A stretch of 64,000 nucleotides of DNA from Acidobacteriota bacterium (GCA_027314025.1 DAHVCP010000008.1:40992-104991); one strand, 5' to 3'. Shown: positions 1 through 8,611, counted from the stretch's first letter. Program-made: numbers and translations. The notes: generated from the sequence alone by a model not told the origin.

Positions 1-56
1 TTGCCGCGGGCGGAGGTTGCCGCCTTTGCGGCCAGCGACCCCCGGAAGGGGCGGCG

Positions 57-2666
57 ATGAATGGGGTTGGCGGCGAGGATGATCTGCACGCGCGAGCCGT
101 GGCCGCGGTGCGAGCGGCGGGCGAAGCATCCGCTCCGGCGCTCCAGCGGGCGCTCGGCGTGGATTACGCCGCTGCGGTGTCGCTGATGGACCGCATGGAG
201 CGGGAAGGGGTCATCGGTCCCCCAAACGGGGCGGCGGCGCGCCCGCTGCTTCGGCTGAATGCAGGCGCGAAAGCCGCGGCGGCGGTGGTTGAGCAAACAG
301 CCTTGCACATTCCCGCCGCTGTCGCCCCGCCGCGGTTGCTGCGCCATGAACATGCCGCGGCCCTGGCCAAGTTCCAAACTCCCGCCGCCCTGCTGGACGC
401 CGCGGGCGTGCGGAGTGTGAGCGATGCGGAATGCCGGAACGAACTGGGCATTGGCGGCCACGCGGGCGCGGATCTATCGGGGGTTTTGTTCCCCTACCGC
501 GATCCGCGCAGCGGCCAGCGCGTGGGGGCGCGCGTGCGCCTGGATCGCCCCCTAACCGGCGGCGGCAAATATCTCTCGGAACCGGGCTGCCGCTATTTGT
601 TCCTGCCGCCGGTGGACGCGGCATGGCTGGACGATCCTGCGGTGCCGTTGGTGTTGGTGGAAGCCGAGAAATCCGCGCTGGCGCTCGCGGCGCTGGCGGA
701 GCGTGGAGGGCGGCAACTGGTTGCCATCGCCACCGGCGGCTGTTGGGGCTGGCGGCGGACCGTGGGCAAGCACCCGACCGCGGACGGCGGCAGCGAGAAT
801 GAAACCGGGCCGAGCCCGAGCCTGGACTGGATTCCGAACTGGGTTGGCCGGAAAGCCATTATTGCTTTTGATTCCAATGCCGCCTCGAATGGCAGGGTGC
901 AGGGGGCCCGCCGCGCGCTGGCGCGCGAGCTGGCCAGCCGCGGTGCGCATGTATTGACCGCCAGCGTGCCTGCCGAACGTGGTGTGAACGGCCCGGACGA
1001 TCTGATCGCGGTGAGCGGCGATGACGCGGCGCTGGCCGTGTTGGGCGCTGCGCGCCCGTTCGCCGAGGCGGCCCTGGCCGAAGCGGATGCCGCGATTGCA
1101 GCTCTGAAAGAAAACCAGTCCCTGGACCCGGACCCGGCAATTCAGGCCATCGCGGCGGTGCAGGACACCAGCCGCCGTAGGCTGCTCGCGGGCAAGTTAG
1201 CGGCGGTGAGAATTCCTGGCGTTACCAAGGATTTCATCGGTCCGCGGGTCGCCGAGTTGCGCGAGCATTGGCGGCGCGAATCCGAGGCCGCCGAGTCCGC
1301 GGCGCGACGGGGCCGACTGCTGGGAATGCCGGTCAATGGCGCTGAGCTGCTCGACAGCCTGATGCAATGGCTGCGGCGCTACGTGGTGCTCAGCGCGGCG
1401 CAGGCTGCCGTGGCGGCGCTTTGGGCGTTGCACACCTGGGCCATCGCCGCTGCGGAGTGGACGCCCTATTTGCACGTCTCCAGCCCGATCAAACGGTGCG
1501 GCAAGACCCGGCTGCTGGACGCGCTGGAGTTGCTGATTGCCCGGCCCCTGCGGACCGACGGCATCTCCCCAGCGGCGCTGCTGCGCAGCGTGGAGATGGA
1601 TTTGCCCACCGTGCTGCTGGACGAGGCTGACGCTACGTTTCGCGGCGATCGGGACAGGGCTGAAGCGATCCGGGGCCTATTGAACTCGGGCTACCGCCGG
1701 GGCGGCTCCTTCCGTCTGTGCGTCAAACAGGACGAAAGCCAGGTGCCGCATGATTTCCCCACGTTCGGCCCCAAGGTGATCGCGGGCATCGGCAAGCTGC
1801 CGGATACGGTGGCTGACCGTTCGATTCCGATCCGCCTCCGCCGTAAGCTGCGCACCGAGACGGTGGCCCGGTTCCGGCGGCGCGAAGCGGAGGAAGAGGC
1901 AGCGCCGCTGGTCGAGCGGGCCGAGGCGTGGGCGCTGCAACAACTCGAGCGCCTGCGCCAGGCGCGGCCCGCGATGCCCGAGGCGCTGAATGACAGGCAG
2001 CAGGACATTTGCGAGCCGCTGCTGGCCATTGCCGACGCCGCGTGCCGGGAATGGCCCGAGCGGGCGCGGCGGGCGCTGTTGGAGTTATGCGGCGATGGGG
2101 CGGCGGAGGATGATTCCATCGGACCCCAGCTCCTGGCCGACATCCGCGCCGCCTTTGCGGCCAGCGGCACCGACCGCCTCGCTTCCCGTGATTTGTGCGA
2201 GCGGCTGGCGGCGGATGAATCCTCACCGTGGGCGGATTGGCAGGGAGGGAAGCCGCTTGCTCCGCCCCAGCTTGCGCGGCAGTTGGCCAAGTTTGGCATC
2301 GTGCCACGGAATATCAAGCAACCGGCCGGGGCGGTTCGGAAGGGATACCTCGCCGAGGATTTGGCCGACGCCTGGGGACGCTACCTTCCTCCCGAAACTG
2401 CCCCCGAAGCCATTTTCTCCCCGCCAAAACGCTACCCCGCTACCGACAGCATAAACACTGGAGAAAACCGCGATTTTGCCGCCGCTACCGAAAGGCCCGG
2501 TAGCGGCACGAAAAATGCGGTTTCGGCCAATAAAGACGCGCCTGGTAGCGGGGTAGCGTTTCCAGAGGGGGGGGATGGGCAAAAGCGCGTTCAGCCGGGG
2601 CTGTTTGATTCTCCGGCGGACCCCCCGGCGGCGAAGCCGAACGGCATGGTCAGCGTGGTGGCATGA
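57..2666 (+). CDS. Replication protein of mobile element: FtsK-gamma-like winged helix + Toprim-like domain + DUF3631-type P-loop NTPase
   Basis: N-terminus LQRALGVDYAAAVSLMDRMEREGVIG resembles the FtsK gamma wHTH. VLVEAEKSALAL ... IAFDSNA ... GPDDLI resembles Toprim acidic motifs. Walker A SPIKRCGKT and Walker B VLLDEAD. C-terminal region resembles DUF3631 proteins of integrative elements. Confidence 0.75.
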   Translation: MNGVGGEDDLHARAVAAVRAAGEASAPALQRALGVDYAAAVSLMDRMEREGVIGPPNGAAARPLLRLNAGAKAAAAVVEQTALHIPAAVAPPRLLRHEHAAALAKFQTPAALLDAAGVRSVSDAECRNELGIGGHAGADLSGVLFPYRDPRSGQRVGARVRLDRPLTGGGKYLSEPGCRYLFLPPVDAAWLDDPAVPLVLVEAEKSALALAALAERGGRQLVAIATGGCWGWRRTVGKHPTADGGSENETGPSPSLDWIPNWVGRKAIIAFDSNAASNGRVQGARRALARELASRGAHVLTASVPAERGVNGPDDLIAVSGDDAALAVLGAARPFAEAALAEADAAIAALKENQSLDPDPAIQAIAAVQDTSRRRLLAGKLAAVRIPGVTKDFIGPRVAELREHWRRESEAAESAARRGRLLGMPVNGAELLDSLMQWLRRYVVLSAAQAAVAALWALHTWAIAAAEWTPYLHVSSPIKRCGKTRLLDALELLIARPLRTDGISPAALLRSVEMDLPTVLLDEADATFRGDRDRAEAIRGLLNSGYRRGGSFRLCVKQDESQVPHDFPTFGPKVIAGIGKLPDTVADRSIPIRLRRKLRTETVARFRRREAEEEAAPLVERAEAWALQQLERLRQARPAMPEALNDRQQDICEPLLAIADAACREWPERARRALLELCGDGAAEDDSIGPQLLADIRAAFAASGTDRLASRDLCERLAADESSPWADWQGGKPLAPPQLARQLAKFGIVPRNIKQPAGAVRKGYLAEDLADAWGRYLPPETAPEAIFSPPKRYPATDSINTGENRDFAAATERPGSGTKNAVSANKDAPGSGVAFPEGGDGQKRVQPGLFDSPADPPAAKPNGMVSVVA

Positions 2667-3214
2667 GCCCAGCCGACCTCATTCGCGCGGTGGAGCGGGC
2701 GGGGGGCAGCATCCGCTACCGGCCCCCGGACGGCCTGGCGGTGGAGCTGCCGCGTGAGGCAATGGCGGAACTCGCCCCGGTGTTGCGGGAGTACAAAAAG
2801 CAGGTGATTGAATTCCTCAGCCGCCCGCCGGACGGCCCCTGCCCGGCGGGCCACGCGGCGTATTGGTGGCGGCTGGCGGAGGATGACCCCTGGCATTGCG
2901 GGCGCTGCGAATCGGACCCACGGGCGGCGCAGTGGGCAGGGGCAACGCTGGCGGACTTGGCCGGGCGGCCCCTGGTATTGGCCGCACCTCCCGGCTTTCC
3001 CGCCATCCGCGAATGGGTCCGCACACCCTTGGGCTGGGGCAGCGTGCTGGCCTATAGCGGCGGTGGCGGGGAATTGTTCCTGCGCCTGTTTGATCCCCAG
3101 CCTGGCCAGCGGCCCTTGCAGTGGGTTCCCACCGCGCAGGCGGTCTCAGAGGCCGCCGCGGAGCCGATGGCCAGCGACAGCGCCGCCCAGCCCCGGCGGA
3201 GGCCCATCCCGTGA
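2663..3214 (+). CDS. Hypothetical element protein with N-terminal TubC_N-like docking motif and a Cys motif (CPAGH...HCGRC)
   Basis: ATGA overlap with the upstream gene (2663-2666) and GTGA overlap with the downstream gene. N-terminus LIRAVERAGGSIRYRPPDGLAVELP...LAPVLREYKKQVIEFL resembles TubC_N-type docking domains (by recall only). Confidence 0.55.
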   Translation: MSPADLIRAVERAGGSIRYRPPDGLAVELPREAMAELAPVLREYKKQVIEFLSRPPDGPCPAGHAAYWWRLAEDDPWHCGRCESDPRAAQWAGATLADLAGRPLVLAAPPGFPAIREWVRTPLGWGSVLAYSGGGGELFLRLFDPQPGQRPLQWVPTAQAVSEAAAEPMASDSAAQPRRRPIP

Positions 3215-3870
3215 GGTCCGCGGTGTATTTTCGGGTTTCCACCCCGGAGCAGTCCGATGCCATGCAGCGGCGCGACCTGGCCGCGTACTGCGCGGCCTGC
3301 GGCTGGGAGGTGGTGGCCGAGTTCGCCGATACCGGTGTGAGCGGGGCGCGGGAGCGGCGGCCCGGCCTGGACGGGCTGATGCTCGCGGCCCGGCGCCGGG
3401 AGTTTGATGCCGTGGCGGTGTGGGCCTTTGACCGCTTCGCGCGCAGCACGCGCCACCTGCTTCAGGCGCTCGAAGAGTTCCGCACGCTTGGCATCCAGTT
3501 TGTCTCATACCGCGAGGCGCTGGACACGGCTACGCCGCTAGGACAGGCGGTGTTTACTATCGTGGCCGCGGTGGCGGAGTTGGAGCGCAACCTGATCCGG
3601 GAGCGCATCCGTGCCGGTGTGGCCAGCGCGCGGGCCCGCGGCGTGCGCTGCGGGCGGCGTCCAAGGCGCGTGGATATTGAGCTGGCGCGGATGCTGCGGG
3701 CCGAGGGCCGGGGCCTGCGGGAAACCGCCCGGCTGATGGGCGTGGCCCGCGGCACGCTGCACCGGGCCCTGCGCGCCGCCGCGTCCCAAAATCCCCCCGC
3801 CGCCGGGCCGGGCGGCGAGGGGGGAAAGGCCAGCATTCCGGGGCCGGAAAATCCGTCCCCCAGCCATTAG
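3211..3870 (+). CDS. Serine recombinase (resolvase/invertase family) with C-terminal HTH
   Basis: VYFRVSTPEQ catalytic-serine motif, DRFARS, VAELERNLIRERIRAG, C-terminal HTH GLRETARLMGVARGTLHRAL. GTG start chosen from the GTGA overlap with the upstream stop; the track ORF starts at 3121. Confidence 0.85.
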   Translation: MRSAVYFRVSTPEQSDAMQRRDLAAYCAACGWEVVAEFADTGVSGARERRPGLDGLMLAARRREFDAVAVWAFDRFARSTRHLLQALEEFRTLGIQFVSYREALDTATPLGQAVFTIVAAVAELERNLIRERIRAGVASARARGVRCGRRPRRVDIELARMLRAEGRGLRETARLMGVARGTLHRALRAAASQNPPAAGPGGEGGKASIPGPENPSPSH

Positions 3871-3873
3871 CTT

Positions 3874-4095
3874 ATGGAACCACTGATGACGCCCGAGGAT
3901 GTTGCCCAGATGCTGGCGGTTCCGCCCGCCACGCTGGCCCAATGGCGCTATCGCAAGCAAGGGCCGCCCTTCCTGAGGGTAGGCCGGTGTGTGCGGTATG
4001 ATCGGGCCGATGTTCTCGCCTATTTGCAGGGGCGAAAGATTGGAGTGCGCGGACCATCCCTCGAAAGGAAGGGAAACGATGTCTGTGTATCGTGA
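3874..4095 (+). CDS. Excisionase-family / MerR-like helix-turn-helix DNA-binding protein
   Basis: MTPEDVAQMLAVPPATLAQWRYRKQGPPFLRVGRCVRYDRADVLAYL is the typical Xis/AlpA-type HTH_17 pattern. It lies immediately upstream of the integrase and overlaps it. Confidence 0.75.
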   Translation: MEPLMTPEDVAQMLAVPPATLAQWRYRKQGPPFLRVGRCVRYDRADVLAYLQGRKIGVRGPSLERKGNDVCVS

Positions 4096-5182
4096 TCCGC
4101 GCAGTGGCTATTTTACGCTGGACTTCCGCTTTCAAGGGCGGCGCATTTTTCGCCGCACGCGGTTGAAAACAGCCCGCGAGGCCCGCCAGGCTGAGGCTCA
4201 GTTGAAAACCGACTTAGCCCGGCACGGAGCGGGCCTGGAATCGGCCCGCAAAATCGCGTTCCAGGAGTTCGTAGAACGTGAATACCTCCCCTGGGTTCGT
4301 GCCACCCATCCCGGCTCACCTCGAACGGCGGGGCGGCGGGATGTGGCGCTGCGAGCACCAGCGCGGTTTTTCACCGGTTGGATGATGGACGCCTTTGACG
4401 GCGGCGCTATCGAGGATTTCAAGCGGTGGCGTTTGTCGCAAACCAGCCCAAAAACGGGCCGTCGCATCGGGCCAGCTACCGTCAATCGGGAGTTGGACGC
4501 CCTGCGGCACATGTTTGGCCTGGCCGAGCGGAAGGGACTGGTAAAAGCCAATCCCACGCGCGGCGTGGGGCTGCTCCGGGAGCCCGATCCTCCGATGCGG
4601 GTTGTCTCCGCCGAAGAGGAGCGGCGGTATCTGGCGGCGGCAGGGACACGGTTGCGCGCTGTGGCCACGCTGATGCTGGAGACGGGGATGCGCCCGGAGG
4701 AAATTTTCCGGGCGCGGTGGGAGGATGTCCATCTGATGGATGGCTACATTCACGTGCCGTTCGGCAAGACGCGGGCGGCCCGGCGGAACATCCCGCTCAC
4801 CCCACCGGCAACGCGGGTGTTGGCAGAGCGGTTGGGGAAGTTCGGCACGCGGGTGTTTGTATTCCCGTCGCCGCGCGATCCCAACCGCCCGATGGGCACG
4901 TTGCAGGGGCCGCACAATACGGCGCTGCGGCGGGCGAGGGTTGCGGCTTTCCGCTTGTATGATCTGAGGCACACGTTTGCCACCCGCGCCGCGGAGTCGG
5001 GGATGGACCTTCCGACTCTGGCGAAAACGCTTGGCCACTCGAAGCTGAACATGGTTCTCCGCTACGCCCACCCGACACCCGAACATCAGGTGCGGGCGAT
5101 GGCCAAGCTGCATGACTATTCGGCGGAATTGCGGGACCAATCCCAGCAAAACTCACAGCGGCAAAATGGCGGCTTAAACTGA
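4079..5182 (+). CDS. int: Tyrosine-type site-specific integrase
   Basis: C-terminal catalytic region RPEEIFRARWEDV, YDLRHTFATRAAESGMDLPTLAKTLGHSKLNMVLRYAHP (R..HxxR..Y). ATG at 4079 is preceded by AAGGAAGGGA; the track ORF begins at 3989 inside xis. Confidence 0.9.
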   Translation: MSVYRDPRSGYFTLDFRFQGRRIFRRTRLKTAREARQAEAQLKTDLARHGAGLESARKIAFQEFVEREYLPWVRATHPGSPRTAGRRDVALRAPARFFTGWMMDAFDGGAIEDFKRWRLSQTSPKTGRRIGPATVNRELDALRHMFGLAERKGLVKANPTRGVGLLREPDPPMRVVSAEEERRYLAAAGTRLRAVATLMLETGMRPEEIFRARWEDVHLMDGYIHVPFGKTRAARRNIPLTPPATRVLAERLGKFGTRVFVFPSPRDPNRPMGTLQGPHNTALRRARVAAFRLYDLRHTFATRAAESGMDLPTLAKTLGHSKLNMVLRYAHPTPEHQVRAMAKLHDYSAELRDQSQQNSQRQNGGLN

Positions 5183-5226
5183 TAACCCCATGCGATCCAA
5201 CGGATTGGCGGCGAGCCTGAGGTTTC

Positions 5227-5271
5227 CTGCAAAACCTTTATTCGGCGGTTCGATTCCGCCCCGCGCCTCCA
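5227..5271 (+). other. tRNA-Cys(GCA) 3' portion (positions 32-76), candidate attR identity block of the island
   Basis: Counting back from CCA (5269-5271): discriminator T; acceptor 3' strand CCGCGCC; T-arm GGCGG-TTCGATT-CCGCC; 5-nt variable loop; anticodon-stem 3' strand ACCTT; then A38-A37-ACG (anticodon GCA) preceded by T33 and C32. All spacing is canonical. Upstream of position 32 nothing pairs, and there is no D-arm and no GGCGCGG 5' acceptor. Confidence 0.7.
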
Positions 5272-5402
5272 ACGTCTTCGGCCCTTCCCATCGTTCCTAA
5301 AGGGAAGGCGCTGGACGCTCCCGCCACGCTCGCAATGCCCAGGAGGCGCCTATCTACGCCACGGCCCTAGAAGTCATCGCCATCATCTTCGTCTCCGTCT
5401 CG

Positions 5403-6161
5403 GTGCGCTCGACGCTTGGCTTCGGGGAAGCTCTGATTGCCGTGCCGCTCCTCGCCTTCTGCATCCCGGTGCAAGTGGCGGCCCCGCTGGCCGCGCTGCT
5501 TTCGGTCACCATCGCCGGCGTCATCGTGGTTCAGGATTGGAAGCACGTACACTGGGGCAGCGCGGGCTGGCTTCTCCTCTTCACCGTGGCCGGTATTCCC
5601 GTCGGCCTATGGCTGCTGACCAGCAATCACCCGCAAGCGATCAAGGTTGCGCTCGCCCTGGTCATCCTAGCTGTTTCGCTGTTCGCATTGACGGCCCGGA
5701 AGCTGCCCGAGCTGCGGCGCGACCACAAGGGATGGCTGTCCTGCTGTGGGTTCCTCGCCGGCGTGCTGGGCGGAGCCTTTGGGATGAACGGCCCGCCCCT
5801 CGCGCTCTACGGGGCGACGCGCCGCTGGCCGGCGGAACGCTTCCGGGCCACGCTGCAAGGCTATTTCCTGCCCGCGAGCCTAGCGGGTCTGATCGGGTTT
5901 TGGGGCTCGGGACTCTGGACGCCACCGGTGACGCGCGACTATTTGCTCTCGCTTCCCGCGTTGATTCCCGCCATCTTCCTCGGACGTTATCTCAACCGCC
6001 GCATTCCAGGGGAGGCGTTCGCGCGCTGGGTATACGTCGGCCTGGCCGCGGTAGGAGTTCTGCTGCTGTCGCAGGCAGCCGTTGCCGTCCGCCGTCCCAT
6101 GAGCGTCGCGCAAGGAAGCTCGGTTTCTCGCAGCGCCGGGCGCACGCCACATCCGCGTTAG
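5403..6161 (+). CDS. TSUP (TauE/SafE, DUF81) family membrane permease
   Basis: Multi-TM protein with the pattern STLGFGEALIAVPLL...GIPVGLWLL...GVLGGAFGMNGPPLALY. The frame stays open upstream of the GTG at 5403, so the true start is probably upstream (see finding). Confidence 0.75.
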   Translation: MRSTLGFGEALIAVPLLAFCIPVQVAAPLAALLSVTIAGVIVVQDWKHVHWGSAGWLLLFTVAGIPVGLWLLTSNHPQAIKVALALVILAVSLFALTARKLPELRRDHKGWLSCCGFLAGVLGGAFGMNGPPLALYGATRRWPAERFRATLQGYFLPASLAGLIGFWGSGLWTPPVTRDYLLSLPALIPAIFLGRYLNRRIPGEAFARWVYVGLAAVGVLLLSQAAVAVRRPMSVAQGSSVSRSAGRTPHPR

Positions 6162-6228
6162 GAATCCAGCCGCGCCCGGATGCTGCGGGTTAGCAGGAAG
6201 GCAGCCGCTCGCGCACTGCCGCGCGGGC

Positions 6229-7293
6229 TCAGCCTTCGGCGCGGCGGTCGGGGGCTTCCTCGGCGGCGCCGAAGCGGCGCTGGCGGCGGGCGAACTCGGC
6301 CAGGGCGGTGGCGAAGGATTCGCGTTCAAACTCGGGCCACAGCTCGCGCGTGAACCACAACTCGGCGTAGGCGCATTCCCACAGCAAGAAGTTCGACAGC
6401 CGGACCTCGCCGCCGGTGCGGATCAGCAGATCCGGCGGGGGCACCGTCGCGGCGTCTTCGGCCGCCGTTTCCGGGCCAGTGGCGGCGCCCGCCGCGGCCG
6501 CCAGTTCCGCATCTCCGCTCTCCTCGCCGACGGCGGCGGCGCCGTTGGGCTGCGCGGCGGCGGAACGCATGGCAATGACGTTCGCGTCATTGGCTTCCGC
6601 GTCGCCGGCTTCCGCGCCATTGGCTTCGCCACCCGCGGCTTCGTTGGCACGGGGGCTATTCGCCGCGCCGGCGGAGGCGGGCGGATGCGGTCCGAAGCCG
6701 GCGGGGGCGGGCTGGAGCTGGCGCGTCAGGGCGGCTTCCGTGATGTCCTCCACGGCGATTTTTCCGGCCAGCGCCTGCCGCGCCAGCGTTTGGGCCGCCG
6801 CGGCGATGGCCCACTGCGAGCCGTAATCAATCGCCAGGCGCAGCAGCATGTCCTGGCCGCCGGCGGTGAGCCGCTCGGTCAGTTCCAGCGCGGTGCGCGG
6901 GCCCAGCGGCAGGCGGTCGCGGCGGCCAATGCCCACCAGGCGGATGCCCTTCGATTTGAGTTCCGCGCGCTCACAGACCAAAAAGCGGCAGAGCAGTTCC
7001 CACAGCGCCGAGATCTCCACCGAGGGACGCTTCCAGTTTTCCGTCGAGAAAGCGTAGAGCGTCAGATACCGCACGCCGGCCTTGCGCGCTTCCTCCACCG
7101 TGCGCCGGACCGAAGCGATGCCGGCGTGGTGGCCGGCCCAGCGCGGCAGGCCGCGGGCGGCGGCCCAACGGCCGTTGCCGTCCATGATGATGGCGACGTG
7201 GCGCGGAACCGCGGCCGTTGCGGGTTCCGGCAGGGCCGCGGTCATGGGAGCCGCGGCGGCGCCGGGAGGCAGAATGTCAGGGGTTGCGGCCAT
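6229..7293 (-). CDS. uppS: Undecaprenyl-diphosphate synthase (cis-isoprenyl transferase) with a large low-complexity insertion
   Basis: HVAIIMDGNGRWA, TLYAFSTENWKRP, DLLIRTGGEVRLSNFLLWECAYAELWF, RRFG. 354 aa versus about 250 for typical UppS. Confidence 0.9.
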   Translation of the reverse strand: MAATPDILPPGAAAAPMTAALPEPATAAVPRHVAIIMDGNGRWAAARGLPRWAGHHAGIASVRRTVEEARKAGVRYLTLYAFSTENWKRPSVEISALWELLCRFLVCERAELKSKGIRLVGIGRRDRLPLGPRTALELTERLTAGGQDMLLRLAIDYGSQWAIAAAAQTLARQALAGKIAVEDITEAALTRQLQPAPAGFGPHPPASAGAANSPRANEAAGGEANGAEAGDAEANDANVIAMRSAAAQPNGAAAVGEESGDAELAAAAGAATGPETAAEDAATVPPPDLLIRTGGEVRLSNFLLWECAYAELWFTRELWPEFERESFATALAEFARRQRRFGAAEEAPDRRAEG

Positions 7294-7296
7294 CGG

Positions 7297-7722
7297 CTAG
7301 GCTCCCGTCACGGATTGCAGGAAGTCCTGCATGCTCTCGATATAGGCGCGCAGCGCCTGCCGCCCGCGCGCCGTCAGGCGGTAGGCGGTGCGCGGCTTGC
7401 GGCCGGCGAAGCTTTTTTCCACCCGCACGTAACCGGCGTTTTCCAGCTTGCGCGCGTGGTCGCTGAGGTTGCCGTCGGTGACTTCCAGGACTTCCCGCAG
7501 TTCGGTGAAGGTCAGGCTGTCATTCACCGCCAAGGCGGACAGCATGCCCAATCGCAGCCGCTCGTGAATGAGGCGGTCCAGCGAGGGCACGCGCGGGCGG
7601 CGCGCCGCCATCGCGGCGGACGCCAAGGGAGCGACTTTGGCGGCGGAGGTCATGGGCGCGGCCGAACCAGCGGCGGCGAGACGCGGCCGCCGCGTCCCGG
7701 AGCGAGAAGTGAGTGGAGACAT
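7297..7722 (-). CDS. Winged-helix transcriptional regulator (ArsR/MarR-like)
   Basis: LIHERLRLGMLSALAVNDSLTFTELREVLEVTDGNLSDHARKLENAGYVRVEKSFAGRKPRTAYRLTARG. Start moved to the internal ATG (7722) to remove the overlap with the upstream gene. Confidence 0.7.
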   Translation of the reverse strand: MSPLTSRSGTRRPRLAAAGSAAPMTSAAKVAPLASAAMAARRPRVPSLDRLIHERLRLGMLSALAVNDSLTFTELREVLEVTDGNLSDHARKLENAGYVRVEKSFAGRKPRTAYRLTARGRQALRAYIESMQDFLQSVTGA

Positions 7723-7726
7723 AGGT

Positions 7727-8470
7727 TCACCTTGCACGACCCGCAGAGGCACGACCCGCGGCGGCCGGCGCGTCTTCCAACGACAGCCGCGCGGCGCGGG
7801 CGATCCATAGGCCCGCGGCCAGATGCAGCACGCCGAAGCCCAGCGCCAGGCAGGCCAGGGTCACGGCGGGAGAAGGCAGGAAAAAGGCCACCACGCCCAG
7901 CACCGCCTGGCCGCGGCCCAGCCAGCGCACCGGCGGCGTGGAGAAAGTGGCGGCGCTGAGCAGGGCCAAGCCCGCCAGCAACAGCCAAGCGCCGGGCAGC
8001 CATTGCGTCGCGCCATGGACGGCCAGGGCCAGCGTCAGCAATGCCGCCGCCAGCCAGCCCGGAGCCATCGAGCGCAGCGCCCGGCCGGTCGGCCCGCGGC
8101 GCAGCGGCAGCTGCCATTTCCGGCCCTTGCGATACAGCGCCCACAGCGCCAGCGGCGCGGCCAAAGCCACCGCCGCCACCCAGATCACCAGCATGGCGGT
8201 GGCGTATTCGGGCCGCCAGGGTCCAGCCGCGGCCGCTGCCCGCCAGGCCCGCGGCCCATAACTTTGCTCCAGCCGCCACCAGCTCAGGCCGCTGGCGATG
8301 CAGCCGATCATTCCCGCCAGCGCCACGCCGGCGCCGCTGACGGCGCTGAACGTGCCGGCCTGTTCCAAGGTCTGCCGGATATAGTCCAGGTCGGCGCGCA
8401 CGCGGCCCAAATCCGGCGAGGATTCGCCGGGCGCGCGAAACTCCAGCGGGCTGGGAGACGGCTGCGCCAC
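7727..8470 (-). CDS. Hypothetical integral membrane protein (about 5-6 TM), co-directional with the wHTH regulator
   Basis: Long ORF with hydrophobic segments (AGVALAGMIGCIASGLSWW, MLVIWVAAVALAAPLALWALY, GWLAAALLTLALAV, etc.). No family recognised. Confidence 0.55.
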   Translation of the reverse strand: MAQPSPSPLEFRAPGESSPDLGRVRADLDYIRQTLEQAGTFSAVSGAGVALAGMIGCIASGLSWWRLEQSYGPRAWRAAAAAGPWRPEYATAMLVIWVAAVALAAPLALWALYRKGRKWQLPLRRGPTGRALRSMAPGWLAAALLTLALAVHGATQWLPGAWLLLAGLALLSAATFSTPPVRWLGRGQAVLGVVAFFLPSPAVTLACLALGFGVLHLAAGLWIARAARLSLEDAPAAAGRASAGRAR

Positions 8471-8611
8471 TCTGCGATCAGCCTAGCCCGGCCAATACGC
8501 CGCGTCAAGGAGAACTTTGCACTACAGAGGTTACATTCTCTACACGGGCATTCCGGGGCGGGGGCCCGGCGCACGTCCGCGCTGGTCCGGCGGGCAGGCG
8601 CAGCCAGCCTC

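Larger units (their letters stand above)
1..5271 (+). mobile_element. Right-hand end of an integrated mobile element (integrative island / satellite-prophage-like); left end lies outside the window
   Basis: Five co-directional, overlapping genes (primase/helicase-like, small Cys-motif protein, serine recombinase, excisionase-type HTH, tyrosine integrase) followed 45 nt later by a tRNA-Cys 3' portion (5227-5271) typical of an att junction. Confidence 0.7.

Noticed and set aside
5244-5271. The tRNA-like 3' end as the terminus of a tmRNA (ssrA), a common integrase target
   Set aside because: The acceptor strand CCGCGCC lacks the G3:U70 alanine identity pair and the discriminator is U, not A. 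The upstream spacing and the GCA triplet fit tRNA-Cys instead.
5183-5271. A complete tRNA gene next to the integrase
   Set aside because: There is no 5' acceptor strand (GGCGCGG) and no D-arm, and the 5' strand of the anticodon stem does not pair. Only positions 32-76 are tRNA-like.
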